Source: Enoplolaimus lenunculus
Taxonomy: Eukaryota
Reading direction: 5' to 3'
Assembly (NCBI GenBank): GCA_030248215.1
Contig: JASANG010000295.1
Span: forward strand, 186,001 to 250,000
DNA: 64,000 bases
Below the pieces are notes generated by a model that worked only from the letters and a program-made list of their open reading frames with translations, did no database searches and was not told where the DNA came from. Below are positions 27,501 through 41,400 of this stretch, one piece after another (position 1 is the first letter of the stretch; each line of letters starts with the position of its first letter). The position numbers were made by a program, and so were the translations under genes.

Positions 27501-29719
27501 AGTGGTACCCGTAATTTGGTATTAAGAAAAAATTAGTAAACCCTAAACGGCGCGCTGATATTAAATTTATTGCTGTTTTGGACCAGAAAAACATTTAGGT
27601 CCAAATATACATTCGAGGTATAACACAGGTTTTGTCTTAGTATACCGCTGTACTTTCCAATTATTTAAATGTTCTACAACGACGTTTAGTGCTGTCCAGC
27701 ACCGTCCGGTGTCATTTGGCGTCGTCCGGCACCGTACCGCAATGCATGCGCATTTCCGCATTGTGTAGCGTATAAATTTGTAAAAAAGTTTTTAGACTTG
27801 CAGCACCGTACTAAAGCTTGAACTGCACACTGGCGTACTGGTAAATATGGATTGGGAAGGGCGCGTCCTGCCAGGTCCTTGCCTTAAGTTTCCAACTAAA
27901 TGTGAACTTTGAACTTATTAGTAGTGACCCATCAAAACTTTTGGCCGGATATGTAAGGTTAACCATGCTTTCCAGGTCGCTTCGGAGACCAATTTCAGAG
28001 TTCTGTTTAGGTCCACTAAATTTTGACCCGCTTGGTAGCTGTACCAGACCGAATTGTGCGCCATGCGAACACCACTTGAATAATGTATCGCGAGCGAAGC
28101 GAGCTAAAAGCTACACGCTATTACATTTAATGCCAGTACAGAACTTTAGCCTTGAGTCTTCGTGGGTGTTTTTTGTCTTGGAGTTAAAACACAGCCAGCG
28201 AAGGGTCGTAGCCATATATTGTTTTAGTATTAAATCCTTCTGTAAAAGTCTCAAATCTTTTCTTTTTTTATGAACTGCTTGGTCTAAATAAAACAACCTC
28301 GCGAGCGAAGTGAGCGCAACGCTAGACGTAATTTTTTGTATCTAATGTAAGTTATGACACACGAACCGATTGCGAACGGGTGGGCGACAGCAGCCCCCTC
28401 CCGCCCGCCTCTTGGTACGCCCCTGGAAGCTTAGTTGCCAGTTTTGAAACGGTGCCGTGAAAACTTTTTCTGTTTAATTTCATAGTTCACTATTAGTTCT
28501 TTGTTTGCATTTTGGCCCATACAATAGCGATCGAGAGAAGGCACCTGTTGAGTCCGAACTAATACGAGTCTATATCCGTAATCAGCGAATGCGCAAGTTC
28601 CAAAATTCCAAGAGACTATAAATCTCAATTACTCGAGTTAAAGTAATTTACTGGTCCTCAAACTAAGTAAAGTTCACTGCAGAAGTTGATTGCTAAAAGT
28701 ATATTACCTTTATTGATACACGTATGGGCGCCAATCCCGAAGGGGGTCACTGACCCCTCACTTTTGAAAGGTAAAATAACTTGACTGGCTTATTAGTATC
28801 CAAAACGTCTGACAGACTCATTGTCCGATATAAACACGATTAATGCTAAACATTACCTGGTAAATTTCTGTCAAGGTGAAGTCAAAATTAGGCAAAATGT
28901 AGACACTATTTTGGTATATTTTACTTTTCACTTTTAAGCTTTAGTCATGTCTGACCGTTTTGTATTGTTCGCTTTTATAATTGTGCGCGGTTTGATCAAC
29001 CATCGCTTCTTGGAAAGTGTGAACATGTCTAATTTACTGAATTCACCTTATCAGTTTTGAGAACAGATTGGCGCCCATGGATACACGTATAAGCTTTAAA
29101 GGTATATTCTGAAGTATGATTTAACATAGTTGAAAATCGCAAGAAATGAAATAAATAAGGCGGAGGTCAAAATAACAGGAGTTAAAAAACGTTCCAATCA
29201 TTTCTCTTATTCGGTTCGCTACAGTAGCAGTAAATTTTCTTTATGGTTTTATCACGTAGAATAAGTTTTCTTTTCGGTAATTTATACTGTTTTTATGCGG
29301 TACTTACTACTGTGCTCAGTAACAGTAGTTCGTCTTTATGGTTCGCGTGATGCCATACCGTCAAAAAATTACTCCCATTTTAAGCCGTCATTATTTATGA
29401 CCGAGAGCTTAAAAGTTTGGTATATTTTGGAAAGCATTTCAAAATTGAACACCACTAAATAATATTAATAATCTTCTATTTTTCTCTTAAATTTCGGTTC
29501 CTAGAACATTTTGTAGCTGTTGTATACTGAGGGCGATGAACAGCGGAGGATCCACACATTTTTGATCGACGCTTGCAGTTTACACAATTATAGCGGCATA
29601 AGAATATTACTTTAGAAATAAAGGACGTTACCATTTCTCGTAAAAAACATCTGATGACTAGCGGCGCTATCGCCACCACCGGCTCTAGATTTTACTCTAG
29701 CAGTGAATAAAAGGCTAAC

Positions 29720-29910
29720 GCTATACTGGTGATGACGTGTGGTGGCGTACGCCACCATCCAGCGCCGTCCGTCACCATCCTGCGCTGTCCATCACCGTCT
29801 GGCAGCGTCCTGCACCGTGTCGCGACGCACGCGTAATGCCGCATGGCGCAGTATATCAATTTTTAAACAAAAATTTTTTTGACTTGCGGCGACGTCCGGC
29901 ACTCCACGTC
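29720..29910. repeat. Dispersed GC-rich repeat family with CACCGTCCGG motifs
   Basis: Colinear with ~27680-27810 (...GCAT..TATAAATTT..AAAA..TTTTT.GACTTGC) and more weakly with ~48050-48190 on the reverse strand. Confidence 0.55.
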
Positions 29911-31959
29911 AAATAATATCGCCAGCCTAATAATGACATGATTATGTTCTGTAACAGTTTTCGCTTCGATTGAACTTAGTCTAAGCTTTGGTTTACATTA
30001 TTTGACGGCCTATTAAGTGTTGTTGTAACTGCCGTGGCAAAGGTAACCAGGTTTAGAAGGAATCAGTCAAGTGTGTTTCTTATAAATAAACAAATGAAAC
30101 AACAAAATATTGGCAATTTAGCGAATAAATTCTGACAGTAATGGTTGCTGGACACTAAAACTTTGCTGTTATTTTAAGTTATACTGTCCAATGATTTGTG
30201 TAAACTTGGATTGATTATTGCACACATCATGTGACTCTAACAACCTCTTGTTATGCAGGGCCGAAACAGCTAGCCCCCATTTAAGGGCTCCACTCTAACG
30301 AGCGGTACCACACTACCAAGATTTTTAACAAAATATAACCGTTAACATTCAACAGAATTTGAAAAAGTTTGGAGCGGGGCCACCCTAGCCTGCTCCGGCA
30401 CTGTATATATGTAAAGGTATTGGAAACGCGTTCATATTAACTCACGCAATATATATTCTTTTTAGAGGGACAAATGCAAATACGAAAAAAGTTCTACATT
30501 TGGTTCATTGCTAGCTATGTCACTGTATCGCACAACTTTGATTTTCCCAACCCTCCAAAACAAAACAGCTTCATCGCTAGAAGTTTTAAGATTTGTTTCA
30601 GAGTGGAATGTATTTATTGTCAAAATCTTAGTACCACATTCCCGCGAGATTACCGACTTCCCGAAAACTTTTTAATACAAAATTAAATAACTTTTAAATC
30701 AACTTAATTGCAGACAGCTTTAAGCTAAAATAGTCAGCTATTCACCATGACAAAATTGAATTTCAGTGGAGTTCTGATTTCACTGTTGGTCGAGATATTC
30801 GAATGCGATCTTGGTCTGTGTCAAGAACGTCGCCAGCATTCAATCTCGGCCAACGATATACAACGTCTCTAAACGTTTTCGTGAACGAGTGTAGCGAATT
30901 AAAATTTTATTCGATTGCAGTAAGTTGGTTATTTTACAGCCTGTAAGCGTCTTTTTTAAGTCTCCAGAAGTTTCAGAGTAATAATATCTTTCAGTTCTTT
31001 CTTGAATACGTCACTGATTTGCGTTTGCAAGCGTGTTTACGATAGTAAATGAACGCGTATTTTATTCACGACTTTTTGCTGCTTATTTGCTTATTTTGAA
31101 GCACGAGATTTAAGACAGTATCCGAAAATTATACAGGAAATTTGTAAAAATTGCATTTAGAACCCATCAGAATTATAGAAGACGGCCAATCACCAGTTAG
31201 GAATGCGGGATCGATTTGGAGTGTCAAACCTTGGCGCGCGGCTAACGAGTATTGCTTCCTAAATACAATATGTTCCGTTTTTACTGTCCGTTGATAAAAA
31301 CTCGATTTCGGGCAGGCACCCAAACTTCAACAGAAAATTAGTTAAAAAATCGCCGCGAGAACATCGAGTGAACAGTGAGCGCACTTTTTGTAATATTAAT
31401 GGTTAAAATTTCAACCGAAAATTTTAGTTTTGGGAATTTGGTAGTGTCAGTGACACAACTGTATGTATTCGAAGAGTGTTTTTAACTGGCATCCATGATA
31501 TCCCTTCAGATTATATAAGGTCATGTAACTTTTGTATCAGTGAATTAATGTTTTATAAAAGTTGAACCAACGTATCTAGCTATGAAATCTGTACGCTGTG
31601 TTATTTGAAGTTTTTGCATTCGTAGATTTTTTAGTTTGTTTGAAAACGTATCGCTAATCTTGCGATTTGCTGCAGAGCAATTTTGGTGGTTTTTACAAGA
31701 ATAATGGGTGAATTTAAATTCTGTTGCATATTAAGTATTAAAATATTTTTGCTAAATTATAATTCAAAAACAAATCATATTTTTGTTATGAGAAGCTTCG
31801 GTTCAACCGCAACAGGATTTATTCGAAAATAGTTTGCCGTAACGAACCAATTACGTCATGTCAAAGCTAATTAGCGAAGATTCATATTAAGCAAGAACAA
31901 ATGTTTTATTCGTAATGTTCTTTGCTATAGAAAACACGATATTTTGGTACGCTTTCTCC

Positions 31960-32255
31960 TTGTGTTCTTGATAAAATTTTGAGCTTCCAAACTGTTTTTA
32001 TTTTTGACTTTCAAGACAGGCAAAAAATGAAATTGGCTTCTGTCCCAGAGTTACTCTTTCACTCTGTGTTTTTGATAAATTTTGAGCTTCCAAACTGTTT
32101 TTATTTTTGACTTTCAAGGCAGGCAAAAAATGAAATTGGCTTCTGTCCCAGAGTTACTCTTTCACTTTGTGTTTTTGATAAAATTTGAGCTTCCAAACTG
32201 TTTTTATTTTTGACTTTCAAGACACGCAAAAAATGTAATTGGCTTCTGTTCCCAG
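31960..32255. repeat. Tandem repeat, 103-bp unit, about 2.8 near-identical copies
   Basis: GAGCTTCCAAACTGTTTTTATTTTTGACTTTCAAG recurs at 31981, 32084 and 32187. Confidence 0.9.
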
Positions 32256-32596
32256 GGTTGCTGCAACGTGCATGTATGACCGATCGCAGAGTATTACAAA
32301 GTAATGGTAAATGTGGGTGGCACATCCAGCGCTCTACGTCGTACAGTAGGTATAACATGCCGTGCAAAACCCAACGCACTTTTAGTGGCACAAAAATGAA
32401 ATTTTGTAGAGAAAGACCTTACAATTTCGTAACATAATTTTGTGATGCGGGAAACTACCGCTCTTGCGCCCACGTTGAGTTGTGCGATTTTGTATTTTGT
32501 ATTAAGTGGTCTACAGAACAAAATTATTGCAGCGGGCTTTGGTGCCATACAACTAGGAATGCAGTGTACATAATACACAAAATCTTAACGGTAAAT

Positions 32597-32808
32597 TGGG
32601 CCCATGTAAAGATCGGGGGGCGGATCGTTTTTCAACGGGACTACAGTAGAGTAAGCTTGAACATTAAACTAATTTTTCTGTTTACACTTAGGATTAAGCT
32701 TAGGTTAGGTATAGGCTCATTCTTGCGCTTGGTTTCAGGTTTAGGGTTAGGCTTAGACTTATGAATATGCTTATACTACTGTTACGGCTCTGGTCTATAC
32801 ATTGGCCG
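32597..32808. mobile_element. Family D element with telomere-like core
   Basis: GGGCCCATGTAAAGATCGGGGGGCGG...TTAGGATTAAGCTTAGGTTAGGTATAGGCTCATT...TCTGGTCTATACATTGGCC; colinear with 14140-14335. Confidence 0.7.
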
Positions 32809-34131
32809 CGGCCCCATATTACAAGCATATGTCAAAATAATTTTATCGAACAATTTTCAACAAAGGTCTAGTTAGAGCTTAAAATTGAAGCGGTTTTGGT
32901 GTGCCAAGTATTTGATTTTGTTATCGAAACCTAGGATACTGACACTGTCGGATAGAGAATTCTTCGAATGGGAGTGAGTTCATTAAGCGTAATCATAACT
33001 TTCGGCCCAATATTGACCCTGTTGCCCACATTGTATGCACTGAGCACTGTGTCTGTTTAATGAATTGGGATGGGTCCAGACCCCTTAAAATGTCCCTTCC
33101 GCGTACTACACACCTATTCTGACAGTTTACATAAACGTTCTCATGCACAACAAAAAATGCTTCTACTCCGATTATATCAAGGCAAAATAGCAACGAAAGA
33201 ATACCTCAGATTTGCAAGCATCTTTTCGTTAACCCATGCCCGAAACCTTGTCTATACAGAATTGACATTGAAGCAAGACTGTCTTTGAAGACAGTTTTAT
33301 AAGAAGGTCCGACCTCTGTGAAGCACTCTCAATCTGGTCAAAATAGGGTTTTTAGATCGCCTAAATGGTTTAGAGAAAACTTTTAAGTCTAAACTAGTAA
33401 GTAGCTAAACTATGGTATGGTAAAGGTATCTTAATCGATATTATAATACGACCGCTTCTCCAGACTACTAGTCGATACAAAAAAAAATTTATCCCCTATG
33501 GCATAACTAATTAGTATAACATATGGCACAACGCACCTGAGAGTCCCCCAATGTTGAACAACTGCAAAGTGGAAGTGGCATTCTGTACTATTTATCGGGG
33601 GTATAAATAAGGGAGAGAATAAGAAAAATATAATTCGTTCGTAATTTTTGAGTAACTCTAGAAAATAGCACTTGTAGCACACTTGAGGATAACATAGATT
33701 TTAGAGATAAACAAAATTTCTCGCTCGATGCGCTCGCTCGGCCAAAAATTTAAATGGCATTGATACCCTACCGAAACAAAAATCCTGAGCTTTGGCAAAA
33801 CCCCTGCCTTTTACACAAAGGTTCTTATGTACGGAAAACCTTGTGATAAATGGAATATATACATTTTTAGTTGGGTCGGTCTCGCTGATTAAATATATGA
33901 TTGTTTACAGTTTGTTGTGTGTCCTGCGAAAGAATACTTGCAATGAATTGATGAGGTTGTATACGAATATGAATACGTGAATTGGTTAATAAATAAGCAA
34001 AGCGAATTTTGCTGCTTGTCTAAACGGCTACGTGGTCTTTATTTACGGCCTGTTTTAGAATGAGCTATTGGACAGCAAAATATACAGAAACTACAACTGG
34101 AGCCGAACGTTTCAAGGATTATCGGAATTGA

Positions 34132-34328
34132 GAGCCCGTATTCTCAAATGTGTGCAGCATCTATCACCAGTTGGCGATAGGTCCTGTAACTTTTCAACCA
34201 GAACATGGTGCGTTTGATTTGCTCTACTTCTGTACCAAATTAGAGATATGCAACTGCAGATGTTCGTCAGTTTGAAAACGTATCGCTAACTGATGATAGA
34301 TGCTATAAACATTTGAGCATATGGGCCT
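34132..34328. mobile_element. ~200-bp MITE, family C (GGCCC-type ends)
   Basis: GCCCGTATTCTCAAATGTGTGCAGCATCTATCA ... TGATAGATGCTATAAACATTTGAGCATATGGGC. Related copies at ~27003-27195, ~31590-31680 and ~43745-43930. Confidence 0.65.
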
Positions 34329-35212
34329 AGATTTCAAAATAGAAACGTTATGGAAAATTAAAAAATCAGGAAATGTTAGAATTGTAACGTAAACATTTCG
34401 AGCGTGGGTTTACTGCCGAAAAGATGCAAATTGTAGCATTGTCCAATCGCTCTTGAACGGAACCTTGCTTTGATACCCAGCTTGTACAACCCATTCATCC
34501 TTGGAACTGGTGAAATCAAGAGCTTAAATATATAGAACATGGGTGTAACTAGGGCTTCAATTTCACAGGTATATTAACCTCGCCGAAACGTATTTTGCGA
34601 GTGATCATATCGAGTGACAAAATGTTTATTACAGGATGTTTTACAGCATACAGAGGTTTTTTTCGGGTTTTTCCGCAATGTTCGGCGTATAAATTCTTTC
34701 TATTCCTTGTGTATACGCCACCGAAACAAAAGTATCACGTAAAAGAGCATTTTGGAATACTATATTCATTTACGAATTAAGCGATTTTAATTTTTATCAG
34801 TGATTTGCGTAACTTAATCACAAAATCTGAACGTTTTATAGATCCAAATGTCAAATGCTGTTAAAGTCAAAAATAAAGATGATTTCTACTAATATATGCT
34901 GAATGCAACTTAATTGCAAATTTTACCGCTGTTTGTCCGCCTTAAACAGGGGCGGATCCAGGATTTCAATCAACATAAAAAAATTTTAACGCAAGCAGGC
35001 AAAAAGTATTTGACCTCCACGTTAAGTGGTTTCATTGATTGCAGAAATTTTGCGGCATTACACCCCTGCGGAAATATACGCGGGTAAAGTAATTTTGGAA
35101 CTGTAAACGAAGGTGGTAACGCTATTTAGCATTTTTAGGCTGACGTCATCAGTACTGGAAGCCACTATTGTTGACGGTTGAACTTACAAGAAAGCTAGTG
35201 GACTAGTGGACC

Positions 35213-35402
35213 ATGAAATATTACACCTACGACGACCCTACGGTGATCAGCAGAGCTTGTGAAAGCGTAACACAAATCGTTTTTTATGTCGCATGCTTTA
35301 TGTTCATTGAAACCGCAGTTAACGGCCCTACGAAAATTTTAATAACGAATGGCATCCGACATGTACCTCATGTTGATATTGCATCTTATAAAATGCAACG
35401 CA
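35213..35402 (+). CDS. Candidate first coding exon (signal-peptide-like) of the unc-49-like gene
   Basis: TTTTTAG acceptor at ~35138, then ATG at 35213 with hydrophobic [19 protein letters not shown] phase-1 GTAAAT donor after 35402 matches the TGCAG acceptor at 36666 but not the TTTTTAG acceptor at 36661. Confidence 0.4.
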
Positions 35403-38400
35403 GTAAATACTGATGCAACACTTGTGACAGCTAGTATTGAACTCATTGTAAAGTAGAAATAATTGTTTTTCTAAAGTTGCAAGCAACCGCAGCACGCCCG
35501 TAGCGAGCTCACCTTGCTAGGGTGGCTAAAAATATTTCAGGCGATAAGAGTTTTCGTTGACTTACAAGCAAAGTTGAAAATTTTCTAGATGGGGGCCGAA
35601 ATTTCTCTAGACGGGGATGAGCCACCTGACCCCACCTTGGATACGGGTCTGAACCGCACTTGGTGTAAGTACGTAAGTGATTATGAATATAGCAATTAAT
35701 TTATTAATTGAAAATCAATTAATTTATTAATTGAAAATGTTTCAGAGTATTAAATATATTTAAAAATCTGATAATCTTCGTCGTATTCTCATGTAAATTA
35801 TAATCTGTTTAACGGCAAGTGAATCACTTTTCGGAATGCTAATTCTAAATACCGTATAGCATATGAATTATCTTTGAATTTACTGTGATAAGTATTTATT
35901 AATGAACTAAAAATAATTATATTAGATTTCAAGTAATTTTTAAATTTCAACTTGCATTTGAACATTTTGTCGCCAAATTGAATTCGCCCGATGCTCGGAG
36001 TACGGACGCCGTTCAAATTTTCAACACTACACACTTGCTCACTTCAGTTGAGTTCAGTATTGATGCTGTTTTTGCTCATTGACATGGTTGCCGCAAATTT
36101 TCCACAGTCGTTACGAAAGTAAATAATGTTTAAAATACAAACCGGCTGAGGGAGTGGGATTAGAGATGCCGGGCTTCTCCCAGGAAAATGCTGAATTTTT
36201 TTGAAAAGCGTTTGGTCCGCTTACAGTGAGCATTGGGCCAACAGGGTCGTGGCCACTGCCTATCGTTTTTAAAAGCCTTATTTCGGTTAATAAACATGGT
36301 TTAGAAGCAGTTTATTTAGGTTCAAACTGTAATAAAACATATACATTTGCTGTGGCCGTTCCCAAACCAGAATTCTGGCTACACATTGGTATGGCAACGA
36401 ACCTGTTTTTCCTTTCGAAAATGTAGCCTTATACTTGGTATATTTCGTTAACTGTTCGTGGCAGGTTTGCGGTTGTCGTGGGTTTAGCGTATAAAGCCTG
36501 ACACGTACATGTGACGTTTTTTTCAATTCTTCTCACGACAGATGCAAATTTCTCACGTGCAGGTCACAAAGTTTTAACAGCAACTTGAGAAAATTGTAAC
36601 ATAGTGTATGCAAATTATTGTGGAAGATGCATAAATGAATTATATTTATTATTATTTTTAGTGCAGAACATACAAGATCTGAAAATATCACACGGATTCT
36701 GAATGAACTAGTAAATGCTCAAGGTCCAAACAAATATGACAAACGACTCAGGCCCAATTATGGAGGTACACAAAAACGCAAAGTGGTCATTGGCCGCTTG
36801 TAAAAATTTGAGATCAACGCAAATGGTACCGATATAATAATTTTTTATTTTTTTCTAGCGTAATGGAAATAGCTGTGCCTAATACATTGGAAATTTTTGT
36901 TCATGTACGCTTTCCCGCACATTTTCCCGTACAGTTAAGCTTAGGCTGACGCTAAAAAGACTTCGCTATGTCTAAGTCTGTTTTTAAATCTGAGCCTGCG
37001 CGTTTGAATAAAAGTGTCCAGTTTTTGCCAACCACAATTGTGCAGCATTTGACATGAGTTTTCCTCAAAATTTTGCATTCATTCCGTATTTTGAAGTTTA
37101 ACGAAGGTCAGCGTAACAAACAGTAAACTGTATATTTCAGGCGAACCAGTTGATGTTGGCATAACAATACACGTGTCTTCGATCAGCGCAGTTTCTGAAG
37201 TCGAAATGGTGAGTACTGTTTCATTAAATTTATTAGCTAAGTAGTTTAACAAGTTTAAAAATTCATTTGTAATCATCTAAACTTGGTATTAAAAGACAAG
37301 ATTTGTGTTATTTTTTATTTGTTTACACTAAAGCGTACTTAAGTTTTGAAAGTAACAATCCAAAGTATATATAATCTTGCATTATTGCTCAAGCTTTGGA
37401 TGCAAGGCAAAAAACGTTTAATTCAACGGATAGTTGCAATACCGAATATATCAGTAACGAAGGACGGCGGTGGGCAGGTTAAAAATTAATAAGTCAGTAA
37501 CCGAATAACAAGGGGGGTACCCTCTGGAGAGGCCAAATAAATATCAGTCCCCTCCTCTTTTTCGGGTCACTACAGTACTCAATTACCACAAGACGTAAGA
37601 ACCCCGTCAGGATCGAGCGTCAAGCTCTTATACAGAAGTGGTTATGTTAAACGCCTCCCGCTCCAGTCGCTGGGATTCGAATCCAGCATAAAAATAGGTA
37701 TCAGATGAAATAGAAATATTCTTGTGAAAAAGGGTTAAGCAGAAATATAAAAATTGCGAACTCATGGTAAGACATTGACTGTTTGGTGTTGCCAATTTTT
37801 TGCCGCCCTAATGCATTTGTTAACATTTCATTCCAGGATTACACACTCGATATATACCTGAGACAACGGTGGACTGATCCGCGACTTCGCTTTGAAGGCA
37901 TCGAGGGTGATTTAACCATTGGTGTGCATTATATGAAAAGTATTTGGGTGCCTGATACGTTCTTTCCAAACGAAAAGAAGTCATTTTTCCACGAAGCGAC
38001 CACACACAATTCGTTCCTTCGGATCACTCGTGATGGCGATGTTGTCACTAGCCAGAGGTGAGATTTTCGCAAAGGTACGACTTGTCCGGATTAGGTCGTG
38101 GGAAGCGGCGTGGAGTCTATGTCCCCATTGCCAATTTGTGGACCAAAAAGTTTTTGGGACATTTTTGTCGCGATCCGATATTTTCTGCGACCAACCTCAT
38201 AATTCCAGGTAATCATAGCGGAACTCCGCAATGGTTCACGCTTAGTACTCCAGGCCCATATGAATTTAAAATTCGGCTATATGCCACATCGGTTTATTGG
38301 TTTCTGTAGTCCAGGGTAGAGCTTTGCTTGGCGGGTGGTAACAGATGAAGCCACACCAGGCCCGTTTCGTTTCATAAGCAGCTGCCCCACCTGTAACCGA

Positions 38401-41400
38401 AAATTTAATTGATTACAACAATTCTATGCTAGGAAAATTTGATTGCCCGTCTGTCTAGAAATCGTCTTACCCCCTCTTCTATGATTTCCTGGCTGCAGGT
38501 CTGCATCGCATGGCCTGAAGCAGTGTCTAGTGGAATACGTTTAACCATTACTTTGTGTCAGGTTAAAAAATACAGTTTAATACGTACATCTTGGTCCAAG
38601 TGCATTTCTACAGTCAATAAACCTGTGACTAAAATAATTTCTGCAATCTGACCGTTCTCATGTTCGTGTGTCACGGTCAAGATTACGCCTCGCGAGCATC
38701 CCCGTGCGCAGCTCATAGTGACCCCCTCTCGACTATGATTACCTTATGAACGAGCTACCGATGCCTGCCACACGTACACCGAGGATCCATGTAACTCACG
38801 AAGTATTCGTGTTATGGGCCCCATGTGATTTAAAGAAAATTCGTGTTATGTGCCGACGACCTTCGCAAAACTATGAGGCCTCCGTTACTACAATACGGGG
38901 TCATGTATAGAACAGGGCCGGAACATTTTCCTGCGGGGCTGTAATAGAGTCAGCTTAAGGTATACACTAATATTTATGCTTAGGTTTAGTCTTAGGTTTA
39001 TGAATAGGCTCATTGTTAGGCTTAGGCTTATGAATAAGCTCATTGTTAGGTTTAGGCTTATAAATAGGCTCATTGTTAGGCTTAGGCTTAGGATTAGGCT
39101 TAGGAATATGTTTATACTACTGTTCCGGTCCTGTTCTATGCATGCTCCACAATATGCATAAAAATTACGCTTATTTTATATTTTTATATTTTAGGTTAAC
39201 GATTACTGCGACATGCCCAATGTTTCTTCATCTATTTCCATTAGATTCACAAGAATGTACGCTTGAAATCGAAAGTTGTAAGTAGGTTTTGTCGCAGCAG
39301 TTGCATTTTTGCAAATAGTTTGTCAATTAATTGTAAGCCTGGAGAGCCTTTGTTTTTAAGCTGAAGTTTTAGATTTTTTTGCAGAATTTTGAGCTATACA
39401 TTTGCTTCTTGTTTTAATTTAGTAGAAAAAATTTCAGTTACTGTCGGTAAATGCTTCAGATTTTCATACGTGGACCCAAAACTAGCCGTTTTGTTTTTAC
39501 TTATTCCATGCTGTCATAATTCTATCGTTTAGCGACTCTTTCTTTACATTTATAGCACTCAATAGTTTGCATTGCATGTCGCCACTTTTATTTTCTTTAT
39601 GTTTCATTTTAATATTTTATATTTAGTTTGAGGCTCAGGCTTAGGTTTAGACTACCGTTTGCACATCGTTGCCAGAAAACTTAAGGTTTTGCAATGTTTT
39701 CAACGTATGCTTGCTGACGGAATTGGTCTGGCTTTTATTCAATGTTTCAAGCAGCTATTAAACGTTGAAATAACCAAGCCTATATTGCAACGCACAATTT
39801 ACTCAGCATGTGTTGCAAGATACTTACTGTTTGCTAATGCATGATATTCTTGCTTCATGTTTGTCTTGCCATGTAACTTTTGTTTAATATGAATCACGGA
39901 GATGAAAAATACCGGAGCCGGAAGTGAAGCAAAATTTAGTAGTTAGATCATGTTGAATTTGCTTATCTGCAATGTGTTTCCAGACGTGTGAGAGTCATTC
40001 TTAGACAGACACTGATTGGGAGGTACCCTGAGGTTCAAGTTTTCCCTCAATTTGGAAAATGATCTTTGTAAAAATCGTTGTACTGGAAGACACAAAATTT
40101 ACTCTCGTGTATTTTTAGGTCGCAAGACATAAGGTTGAGTTGCCAACTCACTTTTAAACATTCCAGCTGCATCCTTATGCTTAGAACTTGTATGACTGGT
40201 TGTAAGTGTAGGTTGCACATGCTGTATGTTATTGTCATACTGCAGATTTAGATATAACAATGAATTTAGTCTAAAAGGCTTATATATAACATAACTTGTG
40301 AATGAAGTATAATGAATGTGATTAGATGCAAATGTTGTAGATGTTTAAAATTTACAGCTCGATACGTCTATTACAAAGTGTTTCCTTTTTAGCGTTTTCT
40401 CCTAAATTATAGCATTTAGAGAATGATAATTTTATTAATGTAAAAACATAGCAGTTTGGCCTAGGCCAATTGGTAATTAACCGGAATAGCAGATTGGCCT
40501 ACGTCATATATATTTGTTATGCTGACTAAAAGCAGTGATAAGGTTTTGTAGAAATTGTACCTATAGCACAATGGTTAACATTTCGATAAATATGAATGAA
40601 AATATAGGTTAAGCACTCCGACTGTATGTTTAGCAGGCGGAATTTAGAAACATTTTACATGGCTAGTCTTGCTTCATTTTAAATATTTGCGAATTTACCG
40701 TTTCGAGAACTCACATACAGATTCGGTTCGCGTAAATGTCAATTGTATTCTGGCTACAATTTTTTCGAAACATAATGAGAGTTTAAAATATTTTCCAAAA
40801 AACAGTCTGCAACTTTTATTCAATATAGCAGTGTTGTGTGGTTTAAAAATACGTGAACTTTTCAACAAAAATGAACCTCGATCAATTGGGATTAAAAGTG
40901 TTTCTGTTTATTCCAAGAAATGTGAAGGAAATGCGTCTATCATACCGACCGACCATGTATGGATATCTGCACAAGATTTATTGTTGAATGATTGGCGAAA
41001 CGAATCACTGTGTCCGGAAGGTAAGTTGGATAATTAAAATTACGACTCTTGTACACTTTTTCACACAGGCTTACGATTAAGCGTTACCTACGTCTAAGGC
41101 TGAGAATAAGCCTAAGCCGTAACTATAAATGTGTGCGGCAAGAGCCAACATGGCAAACTTTAAAATAGTTTTGGTTTCGAGAGCTATTGTTTCGAAGTGC
41201 ATATACACTGCAAAAAATGGTCAGTCAAATTGACTCTCTCTGAAATAGGCTTTTCGTTACTACACAAATTGAGTCAAATTCGACTCCGCCATAGTCAAAT
41301 TCGACTCACCCGAGTCGCTTAGTATGTCGAATTTGACTCTTTTTGTGTAGTATTAACGAAAAGCCTAGTTCGAAGAGAGTCAATTTGACTCACTATTTTT

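Noticed and set aside
31960..32255. CRISPR-like array
   Set aside because: Eukaryotic context and whole units repeat without unique spacers.
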